Origin: Guillardia theta CCMP2712
Taxonomy: Eukaryota; Protista; Cryptophyta
NCBI RefSeq assembly: GCF_000315625.1
Contig: NW_005434610.1
Location: forward strand, 297,698 to 361,697
Length of the DNA: 64,000 nucleotides
Reading direction: 5' to 3'
The notes below the pieces were generated by a model. It did not search any database. It was not told where the DNA came from and was given only the letters and a program-made list of their open reading frames with translations. Below, in pieces: positions 61,781 to 64,000 of the stretch (its first letter is position 1; the number at the start of each line of letters is the position of its first letter). The translations under genes and the position numbers were made by a program.

Positions 61781-62773
61781 GTTGTGTATACACGCAGATG
61801 GAAATTTCGGAAGTACATGGAAAGCATGGATTCAGGCATCATGTAATAATGAAACAATGTTACGAGAAAATGACCCACAAACCAAACAAGGGACCGAGTG
61901 ATATGTGTTGATAACGTTCAGTGTGTCATATGCGATCCACGAGGAAAGAGTAAGAAAGCACTACTCTATCACCTTCTTCATGCAACAAAATGGGATGCGG
62001 AGGATGCTACACAACAACAAAAAAACAACTTGCTTTGTCCATGACGACATGTGTAATCTCTCATCGCCAACCACACGGAGCAGCTACGCGGCGACAGTGC
62101 ATACCGAGAGGAGGGAGATGACGATGCACGGCGTGGGGGTACAACGGTACCTGCAGTCATTTCATGGGGTGGGTGGGTTACAGGGCTTCACTTTTTCCTT
62201 TTGGGGTAGGGTGCTTTCATGACAGCCAAGTGAGGATACTTCGATTTCATAGCACTTGGAGTTATAAAATGAAGAAGCAAAAGATAGCCATTCCGAACAA
62301 GTCCTGGGGGCTGATCCCTCCAAGGGGTAGATGAATTCATTTTGGAGCTCTGTCATGGGGTGGGTAGGGTTGTGTAGGAATGACCGGTAAAAGGGGTAGG
62401 GTTCACCCCTCGGACCCCCAAGTGTTGTTAAACTGGCATCTTGTATTTTCAAATTCAGAGAGAAAAGTCGAAATTTGGTCAGATTTCGAAGTGTGATCGG
62501 GAGCATTTGGTCCTGCTGTACCAGAAACCATATTTGGTAATTCCTCTGATTCGGAAATTGAATATTAAAAATATTTAAACATTGAAGATATTTTTACTTA
62601 CTACAGAAATCGTACCAATGATAGCCATTTTTAGTACCACTTATCAATGGTTTTAAAAGGTTATAAACTAGTCCCTTCAAAGTTCTATTTCCGTACCAAA
62701 ATTATAAGGACCACATCCCCTGACAGACAACAGGTGGTGGGACTGTGGGGGGATGCGGTATCGCCCACCCTGA

Positions 62774-62802
62774 TACTGATTTTTAACTTAACTTTGAGTA
62801 AA
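62774..62802 (+). repeat. Dispersed intergenic motif, copy 4
   Basis: tactgatttttaacttaactttgagtaaa. Confidence 0.85.
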
Positions 62803-64000
62803 GTCTGGGTCGGATAAAAGCTGTGCATTCCTCTGCCCTGGCGTTTGTCCCTTGCTCTTTCTTGTTCTTGTCCGCGTCCTCGTGGAACAACCTTTCTTCA
62901 TCTTGTCTCTCAGTTAACTTGCCTCAGCCAGTGAGCACCTGTCATAGGCCTTCTAGATCTCTTCGAGGAATTGGAAGCATGGAAGAATTTCATCAGGACT
63001 CTTCTACTCGGACAGCAAAATTTCAAGCACCGAACCACGTGCCATGGAACTGTAGTGATGAAATGAAGAATGATGCAGGCGAGGCGTTGCACAAGCAGTC
63101 AAGTTTGTATATGTTAAGCTTGATGTATGGCTTGTCCATTGCCAGGACCAGAAACATGTGCTTAAAGGTAATAGCAGGAACCGAGTTCGTACCAGACAAG
63201 GCATCAAGTAACGACCGTGAAAGAACACAAGCCAGCGGATCCGTTGGATAGCACAGACTGCTTTTGTGCGGTCGTTTAATTATGTTCTTTGAAGCTTGGC
63301 TTAGCTGACAATTCCGGAGCCCATCTGGAAATACAAAGGCATGCAGCACAAGCACAAGCAGTGCGCATCGGAGGTCGTTGATTCGATTCTTGCTTTGCTT
63401 CTTGAATGCCTGGCATTGTGGTAATTCAGAAGTTATATGAATGTGGCATCAACCTGACCTTCAGATGAAACAACCCATCTGCCTTCACCTTGATCGTACT
63501 TGGCCAGAGAGTAATATCCTCCGAGCTGAAACATTTGTGCTCCGGTTTCCTTTCTTGCCGGTCAGTTGAGCTTTTGCAATGAAGCAGAACATCCGACAAA
63601 TGCAATGACATACGGGTTCTCGGCTCAATTCATAATCTGTGTCAAAGAGAGGACCAGGAACTGAATGAAATTCAGTTCCACACCCGGTTGGTGATGTTAG
63701 ATCCAACCTGCACGGAAATCCAGGGTTATCCTTGTGTGCTCGGTGTCGTTCGGTATGGTGTAATGCTGAGTTGTGTATCAGTCAAGGAACAATGTTTTAA
63801 GCAATAAACTTTCAATGGTGGGGCCTCACCATGCATCGATTCCCATAAAATCTTGCAACTTGTCCTTCCAACACCTGACAATCCATGTCATCAATGAAAA
63901 TCTTGAAAGTTTTGAAAAAAAACCGCTAAAGGCAAAAAATCATTTTTGTTGGGGGAGCTCTCGATCCACAAAGAATTGGATCCTGTACACCATCTATTTT

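Noticed and set aside
62823-64000. Possible gene at the right edge
   Set aside because: Only short ORFs on both strands with no recognisable motif; strand and structure cannot be supported.
1-64000. tRNA, rRNA or telomeric arrays
   Set aside because: None recognised by eye; tRNAscan-SE or Infernal would be needed to exclude them.

Overview
Gene-dense eukaryotic nuclear DNA with many short (about 45-65 nt) GT-AG introns. The style suggests a cryptophyte alga (Guillardia/Hanusia-like); this is inference, not a database result. Recognisable housekeeping genes are a CPT2-like carnitine acyltransferase, glutamate-cysteine ligase, a class II HDAC, a double-bromodomain protein and a PH-domain protein. 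There is also a giant repeat-containing coiled-coil protein and a giant cadherin-like/PSI multi-pass surface protein. Four things stand out. (1) A 2.7-kb Fanzor1 (eukaryotic TnpB-like RNA-guided nuclease) element at 29983-32660. It has imperfect terminal inverted repeats, a TTAT direct repeat at both junctions, a structured omega-RNA-like 3' region and subterminal tandem repeats. Its ORF carries one -1 frameshift, and the reconstructed empty site reads TTAAT directly followed by the predicted guide sequence. (2) One spliced gene appears to join a caspase-family (C14) protease with an intact His-Cys dyad, an R-S-E mono-ADP-ribosyltransferase and 17 near-identical ankyrin repeats that vary mainly at binding-surface positions; this is a candidate immune sensor/executioner. 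(3) A CMTR2-type cap methyltransferase is fused to a cold-shock-like motif and a PIN/XPG-like nuclease domain. (4) An intron-containing, probably domesticated MULE/SWIM gene. Intergenic regions carry dispersed repeat motifs (TACTGATTTTTAACTTAACTTTGAGTAAA; GGGTAGGGGTAC-rich tracts).
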